The translations under genes and the position numbers were made by a program. 64,000 bases of DNA from Felis catus (Eukaryota): contig NC_058383.1 of NCBI RefSeq assembly GCF_018350175.1, positions 25,546,001 to 25,610,000 of the forward strand, in the 5' to 3' direction. Positions 39,740 through 52,868 of this stretch are shown here, one piece after another. A model generated the notes under the pieces. That model searched no databases and was not told the origin of the DNA. It was given only the letters and a program-made list of their open reading frames with translations. Positions within the stretch are counted from its first letter, which is position 1; each line of letters opens with the position of its first letter.

Positions 39740-41532
39740 AGAAATCATGGAGGTTTTCCAAAATGAGGGGTAATTATCACTCATAAGAGTGAGACTGGCT
39801 TTTATGTGGTACCCAGACATGAAAGTAAATAACATCAACTTATACAACATTCTATCTCCACTGTTCTCTTTCTATCTTTCTAATTACAAGTCTCTATGTG
39901 GTGCTGGCACATCTAGAACACCTTTCTAAAACATGCCATATTTCCTATTTAACAAATCATGTCAGGCCCCAAACTCAAAGCTTCTAATGGGCAATACTAT
40001 CTGAGCATAACTTAGTATTGTGGGTTTGTTTTCCCCCTATTTATTTTCATGGTTGTCTCTTATTTATGGAAATTGATTGATAATTGGATTTTCATTCATG
40101 ATCTAAATATAGGACATAAATATTACATAAATTTTCCTTTTAAAGTAAATTTAAGGTAAGTCATTTTAAAGAAAAACAACTAAGTAAGTCTAGAGGTAAT
40201 ACACTGATATGGCAAAACAGTGTAAGTACTATAAGAATCAGACATCACAGACAGGAAGAGTGATGCCAGAGAAGGAAAGGCATTTCCCCTAGATCACATG
40301 GCATGCTACAGGCTGAGCTGGAATCAAACACCAGGTCTCTCCATTCCCAGTTTTTTAGTCCTTCTGGAAACCAGGACTCACTCTCACCAAATAAGTCCCC
40401 TTATATGTACTATATAGCCCAAGCTGAAACCCCATCTGTGACCCTTTTTTCTCCATCTTCACAGAGGGGCACGTTCCTAATAGTCGCCAGTCAGCATGGT
40501 AGGAAGCCTAGTCCATCAGCTCTGGCCTCTTATGCAGAAAAGTGAAGCAGAGTCCTGACATGCCTGAGAAAACAGCCAGTCAGGAGCCAGGGCTCAGGAT
40601 GCTGTGTGCCTGCTCTATCCCAAAACTTCGTGAAGAATCAGGAAGCTCTAGTAGCCACTGGTGGTGACGAGAATATGTAAGGAGTCCAGGGAGGATGCTG
40701 AGGTTGAGAAGAGGGCAGCAGAACTCTATCCCAGCAGTAGGGGTTTCTGGAGGCCAAGGGGCCAGGTCTTCTCAGAACCAAGATCAGAGCCTGCACTGCC
40801 CATACCCTAAATTAAAACTGCTGCTGTGCCATTGGGCATGAGTGGTACGTGTGTTGTTCACTACTATATCCCCATGTGCTGGCACATAGCAGACACTCAA
40901 TGAAAACATGTTAAATGTCTAATGAAGGTGGGTCTTGACTAACAGAGAAAGGAAAAGGGGGTGTTAGGGGTAGAGGAGAGACAGAAAGAAACACAAAGGG
41001 GAGAAGGGGAAAGGAAGAGAAAGACTCACCTCTGTGTAGACAGAGATTGTCTAACATCTTCCCTGATATTTCTTCAACTGGTAAAATAGTACATGGCACA
41101 TGACGAGACTCTCATGAATATTTTTGAATAAATGAATGAATGGAAGGGAAATATGAAACACTCATAAATAACCATAATATAATTAAAAAGTGGTAACAGT
41201 CAAAACCATTCTAATAGTATTTATTGAGCACCTCATCTAAACATTCAATGAATAATAATGATGTTAAACATTGCTACTATCACTAGTCTTGCTGAGAGCT
41301 TTACATGGATTATCTCATGTAGTCCTCATTATCCCTCAAGGCAGGACCCTCTTATCAACCTCATTTTACAGGTGAGATACCCGAACCTCAGAGAGGCCAA
41401 GTATCTTGTTCAAAATCACTCAGCTAATAAAGAGAATGGTGGAGCCAAGACCATCATCAGGTCTGTGTGTCCCCAAAGTCTGGGATCTGTCCCTTATATG
41501 ACTATAATTAATAATATGACCTCCCCCAAGAC

Positions 41533-41651
41533 TAAGAGTACACTTATCATGATGAGCACTGAGTAAAGTATACAATTGTTGAATCACCATACTGTACACT
41601 TGAAGCTAATATAACATAGTATGTTAACTTTACTGGAATTAATTTTTTAAT

Positions 41652-41686
<35 letters not shown>
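41533..41686 (+). mobile_element. carnivore L1 3' terminus with (AAT)n tail
   Basis: GATGAGCACTGAGTA...CTGTACACTTGAAGCTAATATAAC. Flanked by an AATAATATGACC(T)CCCCAA-like duplication. Confidence 0.75.
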
Positions 41687-41687
<1 letters not shown>

Positions 41688-44600
41688 TGACCCCCAAAAG
41701 GCTGGATAGACTTGACAGGTGTTTGAGAAGAGTCCATCAGACACAGAAAGTAGAAGGGGAAGAGAAAGGGAACAGATCATTACGGAGATACTATTGGGAT
41801 TCAACAAGACCCTGAGGCTCTCTAATCTTTGTGAGCATACACCATCTTAAGGTGAGGCATAGACATATGGTTTTTTGGCCAATGGTATGTGAGCACAAGA
41901 GACCTAAACCACTTTGTGGCATTTGAGTGTCACTAAGTGATTGTCTGTGTTTCTTTCCCTGCCAAGAAATTGTTGAAAGAATCTAGGTTAAGCCAATACA
42001 TGGAGGTCAGCCACCCAAACCCACAGTGAATTTTAAATGAGAAATGAATGTGTGTTAAGTAACTGTATTTCTGTGATGTTTGTTACTGCATTTCACTTTG
42101 CCTACCCTGAATAATATAGTGATAACTATGAAAGAGTAACAAGCTAGCGGCACCTATAAAAATGAAATGGAGGAAAAATTGTATGCATAAAAGAATCTAT
42201 TAATGGATGTCAAATCAAAGAGAGATGTTTTCAGTCTGCTTAAAAACAGACAAGCAACATCAACCTTATTGAAAAGGTGATGCAATGTGCTAGATAAGTG
42301 GAGTCTGATCAGCCTAGATTTAAATCCTGTCTCAGACTCTCACCACCTCGATGGAGTCAGTCCTTCTACATCTATTTTCTCATCGGTAACATGGGATTAA
42401 CAGTAACACTAACCTCACAGAGTGGTTAGGAGTTTTAAATGACACTACACACATAATGTGTTTGACACAGTACTCAGCACAGGGTAAGTCCTTAAGAAAT
42501 GTAACTATTATTACTGAAAAAAGAAGCAAGGTTCACTGGCAGAAATGAAAAGCTCCAGTTTCTCCATTCCCAACAATACCCTGTGAATCTTGAAGGGGTT
42601 AACCCAAGACACACGTGCATACGGGCACACTCATACACAGTCACACGCACAGGCACCCAAAGCCCACGCACTGCCCTTTGATTCTTCTCCCAAGGCAGGA
42701 ATGGAGATGAAGTCTGACAACTGTGCAGCCCTAATTGCATTTTCTTCCTGAAAGAGGGTCTGGTGCAGAACACCTGCGGTCCAGCGCTACGTGACAGCAA
42801 GGCTGTCGTGCAGGCAGTGGTGGCACAGGCAGCATGCAAATCCGGGGGCTCTGGGACCTGAGACACAGCCAGACCTGGCAGATCCCTGGGTGCCTCTCCC
42901 AAGTGCTGCCCTCAACCCCAAAAATGTTGCTTCCTGTGCAAGGAGAGGGACAGTCTGGAATTTGCAATTAATCCCCTCCTCAAAGGCCCCCAGGGACTGG
43001 GAGCACAGAAAAGAGGGGTCCAGACATTTTCCTGATGCCCTGGGAGGCAGAATACATAGCATGGTGTTGAGAGCAGAGGGTTTTGAAAAGCAGGAGCCAG
43101 GCCCAGAATCAAGCTCTGACATCACTAGCTGTGTAACTTAAGCAGGTGCCACACACTCTATGAAAATCAGTTTCCTCAACTATCTAACAGGGTACATCTT
43201 CATGAAATAAAAAACAGTACCAATATGGTGAGGTAAGTACAACAGTTAAGTACATGTATGGCTACAAATTAGCAAAGAGAAAGGAGCAATAAACTCTATC
43301 TGGTCATAAAGGAACTTTCATATAAGACTCCTGGAGGAGAGGACACCCAAGATGGGGTTTGAAGGATGAATAGAAGTTTTTCCTGTTGGATATGGGATGG
43401 CTTTATGGGCAGAGAAGGAAAGTCAGCAATATGGTGTGGTGGAAATCCTAATCTAGAAGAGATTATTGAAGGAAAAAGTTTAAGGAGGGAAAAAGCAAGA
43501 ACAAACACTAGGAAAATAACATCAAGGCAGATGTTGGAGATCTCAAGCTTAGATTTATCCTACAGTCAATAAGGGGTCATAAAGGATTTGGAGTGGGAGT
43601 GAAACATAGTGAGATTTTCATTTTACATGGACCACCCATGGCAGCTTTGTGCAGGGGGGCATGGAGGTCTGTGAGGCTACTCCTCATATAGGTAAGTGGT
43701 GATGGGGGCCTGGACTTTAGCTGAGTTAGAGCAGAATTTAAGTGATACCTTTATCACTCTGTGAACAGGAATCAGAACCTACAGCAGTGGCCCAAAGGTA
43801 AAGGAAATATTTGGAAACAAAGACCCTGGAATCACACAGAGTGGTCATTCCACCTGCTGTCCTGGCTTGCTGCAGTCCATTGTACCTTCTCTATTTGAAG
43901 GACAGAATCATTCCCTAAAACTAACTGTTCCCAACTTCTTTTATTCACTCAGTCACTCACTCATTCATTCATTCCATGAACAGCATCTACTCTTCATGTG
44001 ACACCGTCAATGGCATTGGCATTGAGGGTCCACAGCAAACCAGATAGACATGGCTCCTGACCTCCTATCACTCTCAGTCTAGTGGGGACATAGGTACAAA
44101 ACTATCAAACACTATTAACTAAAAAATTCTGAACTGCCAGAAACTATAAAGGAAATCAGTAGGGCAAAGGGAGAGAATAGTACCAGTTCAAACCAGGAAA
44201 CAGGAAAATCCTCCCTGATCTAAACAATGATCAGCAGTTAGCCAGCTATCAGTTAGATTAGTGAGCATTAGAGGCAGAAGGAACTGTGTGTGCAAAGAGC
44301 CTGAGGTAGGAAAATGCTTGGCATGTACCAGGAACTCCAAGAAGACATGTGTTGCTGAAACAAGTGATCAAGCTGGGGAGAAACACAGAATGCACTGGAG
44401 AGAGGGCCATGTAGGCCTTGGTAAAGAGTCTGGATTTCATTCTAAGTGCAAAGGGAAAAGCCATTGAAGTGTCTAGTTAAGAGAATAAATGATCAAGTTC
44501 ACATTTTATAAAGATCTCTCTGGCTGCTGGATGCCAAATGGCTCACACTTGTGCAAAAGTAGCCTCAGGCACGCAGTGAAGGAGTGATTACAGTGGTCTG

Positions 44601-44887
44601 GGCAACAGATGATGTGGACCTGGGCCAGGCTGGTGAACATGGACATAGGCAAGTGGTTGCAATGAAAAATCATTTGGGAAAAGGGAGAATCTACATATTT
44701 CTGAAACTCACTTTGAAAGAAGTTTACAAATGGCACCACCATCTACCCAGTTTCTTAAGCAGCAACTTAAGAGTTATCTTCTTCTAGAGAGGTGGCTCTC
44801 CATTCATTAGGAATTAATCACTGCTCATGGTCCCCTGTGGCCCTAATTTCTGATGGAGAAGCAAACAACACTGATCTTCCTTTCCTC

Positions 44888-45180
44888 TGTAGTGGGTTGA
44901 ATTGTGTCTCCCCCAAAAAATATGTTCAAGCCCTGAACCCCAGGACCTATGAATGTGACCGTCTTTGGAAATAGGATCTTTGCAGACATAATCAGGATTT
45001 AAGTTGAAATGAAGTTAAACTGAATCAGAACAGACTCTAAATCCAATCATGGTGTCCTTCTAAGAGACTCAGACAAAGGGAGATTGCCATATGACTACAG
45101 AGGCAGAGATGTACTTACAAGCCAAGGAACACCAAGGATCACCTATAACCACTAGAGGCCAGAAGGGACTTCTCCTTCAC
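44888..45180 (+). mobile_element. MLT1B/C-like LTR, 5' part, interrupted by an ERV-like element
   Basis: TGTAGTGGGTTGAATTGTGTCTCCCCCAAAA...GAATGTGACC..TTTGGAAATAGG...CAAGCCAAGGAACACCAAGG. Confidence 0.8.
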
Positions 45181-46426
45181 TGTTAGTTTGCAAACTGGTT
45201 CCTGTATGGGGAGGACAAGCAGAGACCAAAGAAAGAGGCAGACCACTTCAGATGGGTAGGAGGCAGGGTTAATAAGCGAAGGAATTTACAAAGCTTGTCT
45301 TTGGCACCTCAAGGTGAGTAGATCTCTATACACCTGCCAGAATCTTAAAAGTTTATACACAGGCCTTAACAGGGTTCAACGACATTGACCATCCACATGG
45401 TCTCAACCACACCTCACTCTCTAAAGGCTGCATCTTTGCAACAGCTCTTAATGGGTAGAACATATATTCGAAGGACAGGGGAGGATGTAAGGAGCCTCCA
45501 ATTGCCCAATGCCAGCTCTTGAGTCAACCCGCAGTCACATCCTCTAGATGACCTCCTCCAACACTTTCCCAGGGATTCTACATCTTAGCATCCCAATCAA
45601 GCTTTGTCACAGCATTTGGACTTTAATCCATGGCAGCCTATACTCTCCCAGCTTTACAAAATGCTAGGGTCTCCAACTTATCCTGCTCTCCCACCTGAGT
45701 CTACCAGCTCCAAAGCCCACAAAATTAGTAGACACTGCTTGTTCCTCTCTAACCTCAGCTTTTCTAACTTTCTCACTTGAGCTTCAGCCTCTAATTGGGC
45801 ATCAGTGGCCGTCCGATGTGCCCACAGTAGATGTCAGCCCACTGTGCAGCCATGCTCTTTGCTTCTCTGCCACAGGACACTCTGTGCAGTTCCTCAAACA
45901 AGTGCATCAGGCCCGCAGCATTTTCAGCTCATCCCTATACTCACACAATGGTCCACAAGCATGTGACATAAAGGCCCTCTTCACACAGAGGCGATAGCCA
46001 ACTCATGATATTCCCAATGGATACATCCTTCCCAAAGCTTGTTTCCTCCTTCTCATGGCTGGCTCACCAAGCACTGGTTTGCAAACCAGCCCCTATACCC
46101 GGACAGCAAGAAGAGAGGGAAGAAAGAGGCAGGCCAGTCCAGGTGGGTAGGGGGCAGAATTAATAATCAGGGAACTTACTCATGAGGCTTGTTCTGCGTA
46201 ACGTAATCTTAAGAGTTTATAAAGAGGTTTCAACAGGGTTCAGTCACATCTGCCACCTACATGGTCTCAACACCTCACTCTCTCAAGGCCTCCTTGAAAT
46301 GGCTATGGGAACAGTGGGCAGAGTGTACATCCCAAAGACAGGAGAGGGTGTTAGGAACTTCCAATTGCCCAGAGCTAGCTCATGGGTCAACCTGCAGTCA
46401 CTTCCTCTCACTGACCTCTTCCTATA
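45181..46426 (-). mobile_element. internally deleted endogenous retrovirus: LTR (46072-46426), PBS-Arg, gag-like relic, LTR (45181-45563)
   Basis: Two homologous ~350-380-bp direct repeats, the left one with TG...CA ends. An 18-nt PBS at 46052-46069 matches the 3' end of tRNA-Arg(ACG) at 16/18. Confidence 0.8.
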
Positions 46427-46634
46427 CCCTTCAGAGCTCATAAGGGACATCGCCCACATCTTAAATATTAAGAAACTGAAGCAGAGAAAAGTTATCATTA
46501 GACATCTTAATGTCTCTGAAGACACTAGGATATACTATAATAGTTGCTACCAGTAAGAGTAAGGGGCTAGCAAACTATAGCCAAATTTGCCTGACTGTTT
46601 TTGTAAACAAAGTTCTATTGGCACATAGCCAGGG

Positions 46635-46925
46635 GAAATGTTGATACAAACCTGTAACTTGTAGATAAATAAGTTCTGAAGATCTAATGCACGGGATAGT
46701 GATTATACTATCCTGTACTGTCTTATAAACTTCAAAGTTGCTAAGAGACTAGATCTTAAGTGTTCTCACCACGAAAAAGAAATGATAATTATGTGGTGTG
46801 ATAGGTGTTAGCTAGTACTATGGTAGTAATAATATTACAATATATATCAAATCAGCACATTGCATATCTTTACTGACACAATGTTATATATCAATTTTAT
46901 CTCAATAAAAAATAAATCTATAAAT
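46635..46925 (+). mobile_element. L1MA-like 3' end
   Basis: AATAAGTTCTGAAGATCTAATGCAC...GCTAAGAGACTAGATCTTAAGTGTTCTCACCAC...ATCTCAATAAA. Confidence 0.8.
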
Positions 46926-47122
46926 TTAAAAAATACACAGAAAAGTCCTTATTTTCCCTCTTTCCTGAGAGATAACTGCTATTAAGTTTCTCATAGGACC
47001 CAAATTACTTCCTATGCATAAATATCCTTTTACATATACACACACACACATGCAAATAGTATCATATCTGCTGACATAAACCTGCATTTTTCACAGAAAA
47101 TGTTCTGGATATATTTCCTTCT

Positions 47123-47345
47123 TTAAATTTATTTTTAGTGTTTATTTATTTTGAGAGAGAGAGAGAGAAAGAGAGCACATGAGCAGGGGAGGGGCAGAGA
47201 AAGAGACACAGACACAGAATCTGAAGCAGGCTCCAGGCTCTGAGCTGCCAGCACAGAGCCCAATGAGGGGCTTGAACCCACAAACCGCAAGATCATGACC
47301 TGAGCCAAAGTCAGATGCTTAACTCACTGAGCCACCCAGCACCCC
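47123..47345 (-). mobile_element. Can-SINE
   Basis: Antisense SINE body ending CTGAGCCACCCAGCACCCC. Confidence 0.9.
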
Positions 47346-47394
47346 ACCCACCCGGATATATTTCTATGTCAGCACATGTGGGGTAATCTCAGTT

Positions 47395-47611
47395 TGGGTT
47401 TTTTTTTTTTTTTAATGTTTATTTACTTATTTTGAGAGACAGTGTGAGTGCGGGAAAAGAAGAGAGAGAGAGATGGAGAGAGAGAATCCTAAGCAGGCTC
47501 CATGCTCAGTGCAAAGCCCTATACACGGCTCAATCTTACAAACCTTGAGATCATGACCTGAACCGAAACCAAGAATCAGATACTTAACCGACTAAGTAAC
47601 CCTGGCACCCC
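47395..47611 (-). mobile_element. Can-SINE
   Basis: Poly-T, (GA)n and antisense head. TAATCTCA flanks both sides. Confidence 0.88.
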
Positions 47612-49944
47612 TAATCTCATTGTTTTTAATCACTATAAAATACTCTCTATATTAAGGAGGTACCATAATTTATTGCTGGGATTTTGGTGGTTTTCAGGAT
47701 TTTACTCTCCAAATGAATGTTGCAATGAACATCCTTATATAGATAAATTTTGATACTTAGGATAGACTGGTTTTTTTACATGACCTTTATTCAATGGAAT
47801 TCAAACAAAAAGTAACTTAACACTTGATATAAGGCAGGCACTGTGTTAGGTTTATCCAGTGGTGAATAAACCATGGCCCCTATCATCAAAGAGCTCACAG
47901 TATCATCTAATGATGATGTCGATGAATTTAATGAGCATCTACTATGGGCCATTCATAGTATGATGATATTTACATGTATTTTCTCACCCAATCTTCACAA
48001 CAGACGCACCTTATAAGGTAGGTACTATTATTAGCTCCACTTTACAAATGAGATTGGAGCTCAGAGAGGTTAAGTGACTTACCCAAGGTCACACAGCTAG
48101 CAGTAGATTGAGCTGGAATTCAATCTCAGACTCTTAAGCACCCTGCCTACACTAGGGAGACAGGATTAAAATTTGTATAAGCGGGAACTCAGAGACGGAA
48201 AGAAGGATTCAGCTGGGAGAACAGGAAAGGCTCCGTGAAGAAGTGACAACTGAGTGGCATTGAAAAGAACACGTTTTTTTCCAGCTGACAAGGAGGGAGA
48301 GGGAATTCCAAGCAAATAGAGAGCAGAATGCACAAAGCCATGGGGCCATGAAGGCATGGAATTTCAGGGAACTGGTGTATATACAGCATGATTTGGGTGC
48401 AGAGTAAGGGAGATTAGGCTGAAGAAAAGAACAACAGGATCACAGACATTCTAGCCGAGGACTGAACTTTATCCTAAAAGTTATGAGGAGCCATTGAAGA
48501 GTTTTTAATGCAGGAAGGTCAAGATCAAAGTTTCATCTTTGAAAAAACATGCTGGCTATAGCGTGGAAGATGGATTCAGGGCTGGGGACGGGTGGTAGGG
48601 GTAGGTTCAGGGCAGGGACGAGGAGACAGATTAGGAAGCAGTCATCCAAGCCACACTTGGAACGTTTGTCTTCCCGAGGCCAGCTTTTGCCATGTAATAA
48701 AAGACAGCAGGATGATATCAAGGGCAGGACACGCCAATCCAGTGAAAGCAGGAGTTCAAGGGCTCTGCAAATGCCAAAGGCAGACTCAGTCCCTGCTTTT
48801 CCCCAGGATGTGAGAGCTGATGGCTGACTGCCCAGTGAGGGAACCTGACGCAACCCCAGACCACTGCACTCCACATCCAGAAAGCTTCCGGCAGCTGAGA
48901 GATGTCCTCAGGTTGCCCCACCCTGGGGAGGGGAGGACATCTTGAGCAGTGGCCTCTCCCCTTCCACCACCCCCTCAACTGGCACCAAGAGGCTGTGGGC
49001 CTGCAGAGAACCAAGCCGCGTGGCCACTGCATCATGAGTCATCCCAGCTGGTTCCGGCTATTTTCCCTGGGAGGCAGAGGAACTGGCGGAAGTGTGTCCT
49101 GGAGAGGCCAGGCAGGAGATCAGTAGCCACCCTGCCAGGCATGGCCATGTCCAACAGGCAGAATGGATGCCTACAGCCACCCCTCTGACCTTGTGGAGAG
49201 GCAGAGAGCTGCTGGCAGGCCTTGGTCACTTCCAGAAGGCGGAACAGCCAACAGGTCTGACACCCATTGTCAGAGGACACTGACCAGGACAGAGTGGCAT
49301 CAGGCATTAATAAAACACCTATTTACCAAGCCCAGACTCCAGTCCAGGAACTATGCTATGTAATTTACCTCATCAATATGTCTGCTAAAATACCTATGGC
49401 TATTATTTTACTGAACCCACTACAATAGAAGTCAGCCAAATTCAGCTTGTGGCTTGTCTTTGTTTGGTCCATGAAGTAAGAATTTGTACATTTTTAAAGG
49501 GTTTTAGGGGGAAAAAAACAAGAAAAAATATGTGATAGAAACCACCCATGGCCCACAAAACATAAAATATTTAACATTTTGCCCTTAACTAAAAAAGTGT
49601 GCCAACTCTTACACTAGAATATAAGCTCAAGGAGGGCAAGCAGAGTGAGTGTGTGTGCATGTGTGTGTATTCCACTTCTATATTCCCCAATGCCTAGCAG
49701 TTTTTAGTACATAGTAAATGCTCAATAAATACTTGTCAAGTGAATGAAAGAATGCATGAGTGAATAAAGGAGTGAATGAATTTTCATTTATCACTCAATG
49801 AGATACTATCATTAACTCCATTTTACTGATGGGTAAACTCAGGTTCACAGGGCTAAAATGATTTGCCGAAGTCATAAAGCTAAAAAGTAACTGGGCTGTT
49901 ATTCAAACTAGGGCACTTTGTAATTCAAGGCTTGAGTTTTGGGG

Positions 49945-50157
49945 GTTTTTTTAATTTTTTTTAATGTTTATTTATTTTTGAGAGACAGAGCATGAGCGGA
50001 GAAGGGGTAGAAAGAGAGGGAGACACAGAATCTGAAGCAGGTTCCAGGCTCTGAGCTGTCAGCACAGAGACCAACACAGGGCTTGAACTCACAAACCGTG
50101 AGATCATGACCTGAGCCAAAGTCAGACGCTTAACCAACTGAGCCACCCAGGCTCCCC
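49945..50157 (-). mobile_element. Can-SINE (SINEC_Fc type)
   Basis: Antisense SINE with TSD TCAA(G/A)GCTTGAGTTTT. Confidence 0.92.
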
Positions 50158-51571
50158 TCAAAGCTTGAGTTTTTAACTGTAGCAAAAGGGCCCAGGATCC
50201 TGGACAAAGCTGGGACTATGCCTTATAGTGTAATGGCTCTCAAACTTTCCTGTGCATAAAAATAATCCAGGACAATTGTTAAAATTTATTATTTCCAGAC
50301 CCTACACCCTTGGGATTCTGATTCCAGAAATCAGAGTAGGCTGGGAGTTTGTGTAGGGAAGGAAGAGGGAAAATGTGGTGGCTACCAGGGGCAAGTAGCC
50401 TTGGGAGGAAGAATAGTAGGGAATATAAGTTTGTGATGTGAGGTGTATAATGTAGGTCTCCCTACAACTTCTTCAGTAAACAGTTGGTATTTCACAAGCA
50501 CCTAGGAGGTTAAACTCTTAGGAATTGGGTGCAGGGTGGTGTATGGCCCTGACAGAAGACATCTGGGTTACAAAATTAACTACTGTAAGGAAGAGATTTG
50601 CCAATACCTTGAAAAAAGACTGAAAGCTAGACAGTCAGAGAAGGGAGAACCAATTCCTAGTAGAAGCACAATCACGTTAACATCTGGAAATCGAGGCTGC
50701 ATCAGGCTAAAAGTGAGACTCACCTAAAACAGGAGTTGTGCAGTGTAGATCTAAATCCACTAGGATGCAGAACTTTGCCTTAGAAGGACCTTAGAAGATA
50801 AAAATACTGAGGACCTTAGAAGGAAAAAAACACAATCTGAGCCACACCCCACTTAAAAGCAAGCTGACTTAATTTATTGGGTTTCTTCTTCTTATGTCAC
50901 TTGATTTTTAAATCACCAATAGACTTTTTTAAGTCATTCGGTCAACATAATCATAACAGGTAAGCATCTCTTCTTTTTACACCAAAAACAGTGAGGAAAA
51001 AGGAAAGGGAATCTGGAGAAGAAAGAAGAGCAAGTTGGGGACAAAGAATATAGAAGCCAACAGATAGAAAAATAAGTCAGCCCACCCATGTAGAGCTGAC
51101 ACACAGGAGAGCAGAGAGGGAAGGAGAAACCAGCAGAATCAGGAAACACAGGCCCACACAGACCTGGGTTTTGCCACTGGCCAGCCCTGCGTCCTTGAAC
51201 GGGGTGCTTGTTTCATTTAGGGCCTCATCAGAGAAGCAGAACCACTAGAAGATCTACGGAAATTAGTGGAGATGTGGATGTGGATATAGAAGGTAGATAC
51301 GCATATGGATATTCCATATAGTTAGACAGAGGGGAAGAGAGATCTATGTTCAACAAACATTTAATATGCATCTTATATTCCTTCATCCAAACTAGTACTT
51401 ATGAAATAACAGAACCATAACTACATATAAACTATTTTAAATGCAGTGGTAAAACTGTGTGCAGGGTGTAATGTGAACAGTGAACAGAATCTCTAACTCA
51501 CACTTTGGACCATGAGAATAGTGAAGGCTTCTGATGGGTGGGGGAGAGAATATGGAGGCCTGCTTATTCTT

Positions 51572-52211
51572 TTTTTTGTTTTGTTTTGTTTTATTTACAT
51601 CCAAATTAGTTAGCATATAGTGCAACAATGATTTCAGGAGTAGATTCCTTAATGCCCCTTACCCATTTACCTCATCCCATCTCCCACAACCCCTCCCATA
51701 ACCCTCAGTTTGTTCTCCATATTTAAGAGTCTCTTATGTTTTGTCCCCCTCCCTGTTTTTATATTATTTTTGTTTCCCTTCCCTCATGTTCATCTGTTTT
51801 GTCTCTTAAAGTCCTCATATGAGTGAAGTCATATGATATTTGTCTTTCTGACTAATTTCACTTAGCATAATACCCTCTAGTTCCACCCACGTAGTTGCAA
51901 ATGGCAAGATTTCATTCTTTTTGATTGCCGAGTAATACTCCATTGTATATATGTATCACATCTTCTTTATCCATTCATCCACCGATGGACATTTGGGATC
52001 TTTCCATATTTTGGTTATCACTGACAGTGCTACTATAAACATGGGGTGCATATGTCCCTTCAAAACAGCACACCTGTATCCCTTGGATAAACACCTAGTA
52101 GTGCCATTGCTGAATTGTAGGGCAGTTCTATTTTTAATTTTTTGAGGAACCTCCATACTGTTTTCCAGAGTGGCTGCACCAGCTTGCATTCCCACCAACA
52201 CTGCAAAAAAG
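51572..52211 (-). mobile_element. 5'-truncated carnivore L1 (same 3' UTR type as 24314-26996)
   Basis: Antisense ORF2 C-terminus ([21 protein letters not shown]) and 3' UTR. TSD ATGGAGGCC(T/A)GCTTATTCTT at 51552-51571 and 52212-52231. Confidence 0.93.
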
Positions 52212-52665
52212 ATGGAGGCCAGCTTATTCTTAAAGGAGGAATAATCACAAAGGAGTCTTTGAACCTGCAAGGACAGCAACTCAAAGCATAACTGTTGGCA
52301 AGGAGTCGGGCTTCAGATTTATCTGAAAAGAAACCATGCTTTTCATCACATTGACACAAATAGGAAAGTCAGATGTCAAAGCTTTTTTTTTTTGTCAAAG
52401 TATGTTGAATTTGAGATATCAGAGCAATATCCAATAATTAGAAAAGTCTAGCAAGTCCTTTGAAATCAGAAGAACACAACTGCAGGTAGACTTGAGAGGG
52501 CAGAAACAGTCTCCTGATTTTCTATCTTTATGATTATTCTTTCTCAATCCATTTCTTATTCTCCTCCTACCTATAAAATGTTTACACCTTTTGAGTTCTT
52601 TCCTTCTTTTCTTCTTATGTTAAAAAAAAATGAGGATGGGTGGAGTAAAATTAAGAACAGGCTAT

Positions 52666-52868
52666 GGGGCACCTGGATAGTTCAGTCAGTTAAGCATCTG
52701 ACTTTGACTTAGGTCATGATTTCACGGTCCATGGTCTTGAGCGCCATATAGGGCTCTGTGCTGACAGCTCAGAGCCTGGAGCCTGCTTCAGATTCTGTGT
52801 CTCCCTCTCTCTGTGTCCCTTCTCCTCTCTCTCTTTCTCTCTCTCTCAAAAATAAACATTAAAAAAAT
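52666..52868 (+). mobile_element. Can-SINE
   Basis: Full SINE with TSD AAAATTAA(A)GAACAGGCTAT. Confidence 0.92.

Noticed and set aside
42760..42795. Possible RE1/NRSE (REST) site TGGTGCAGAA...CAGCGCT
   Set aside because: Only one half-site resembles the consensus; spacing and the second half do not fit.
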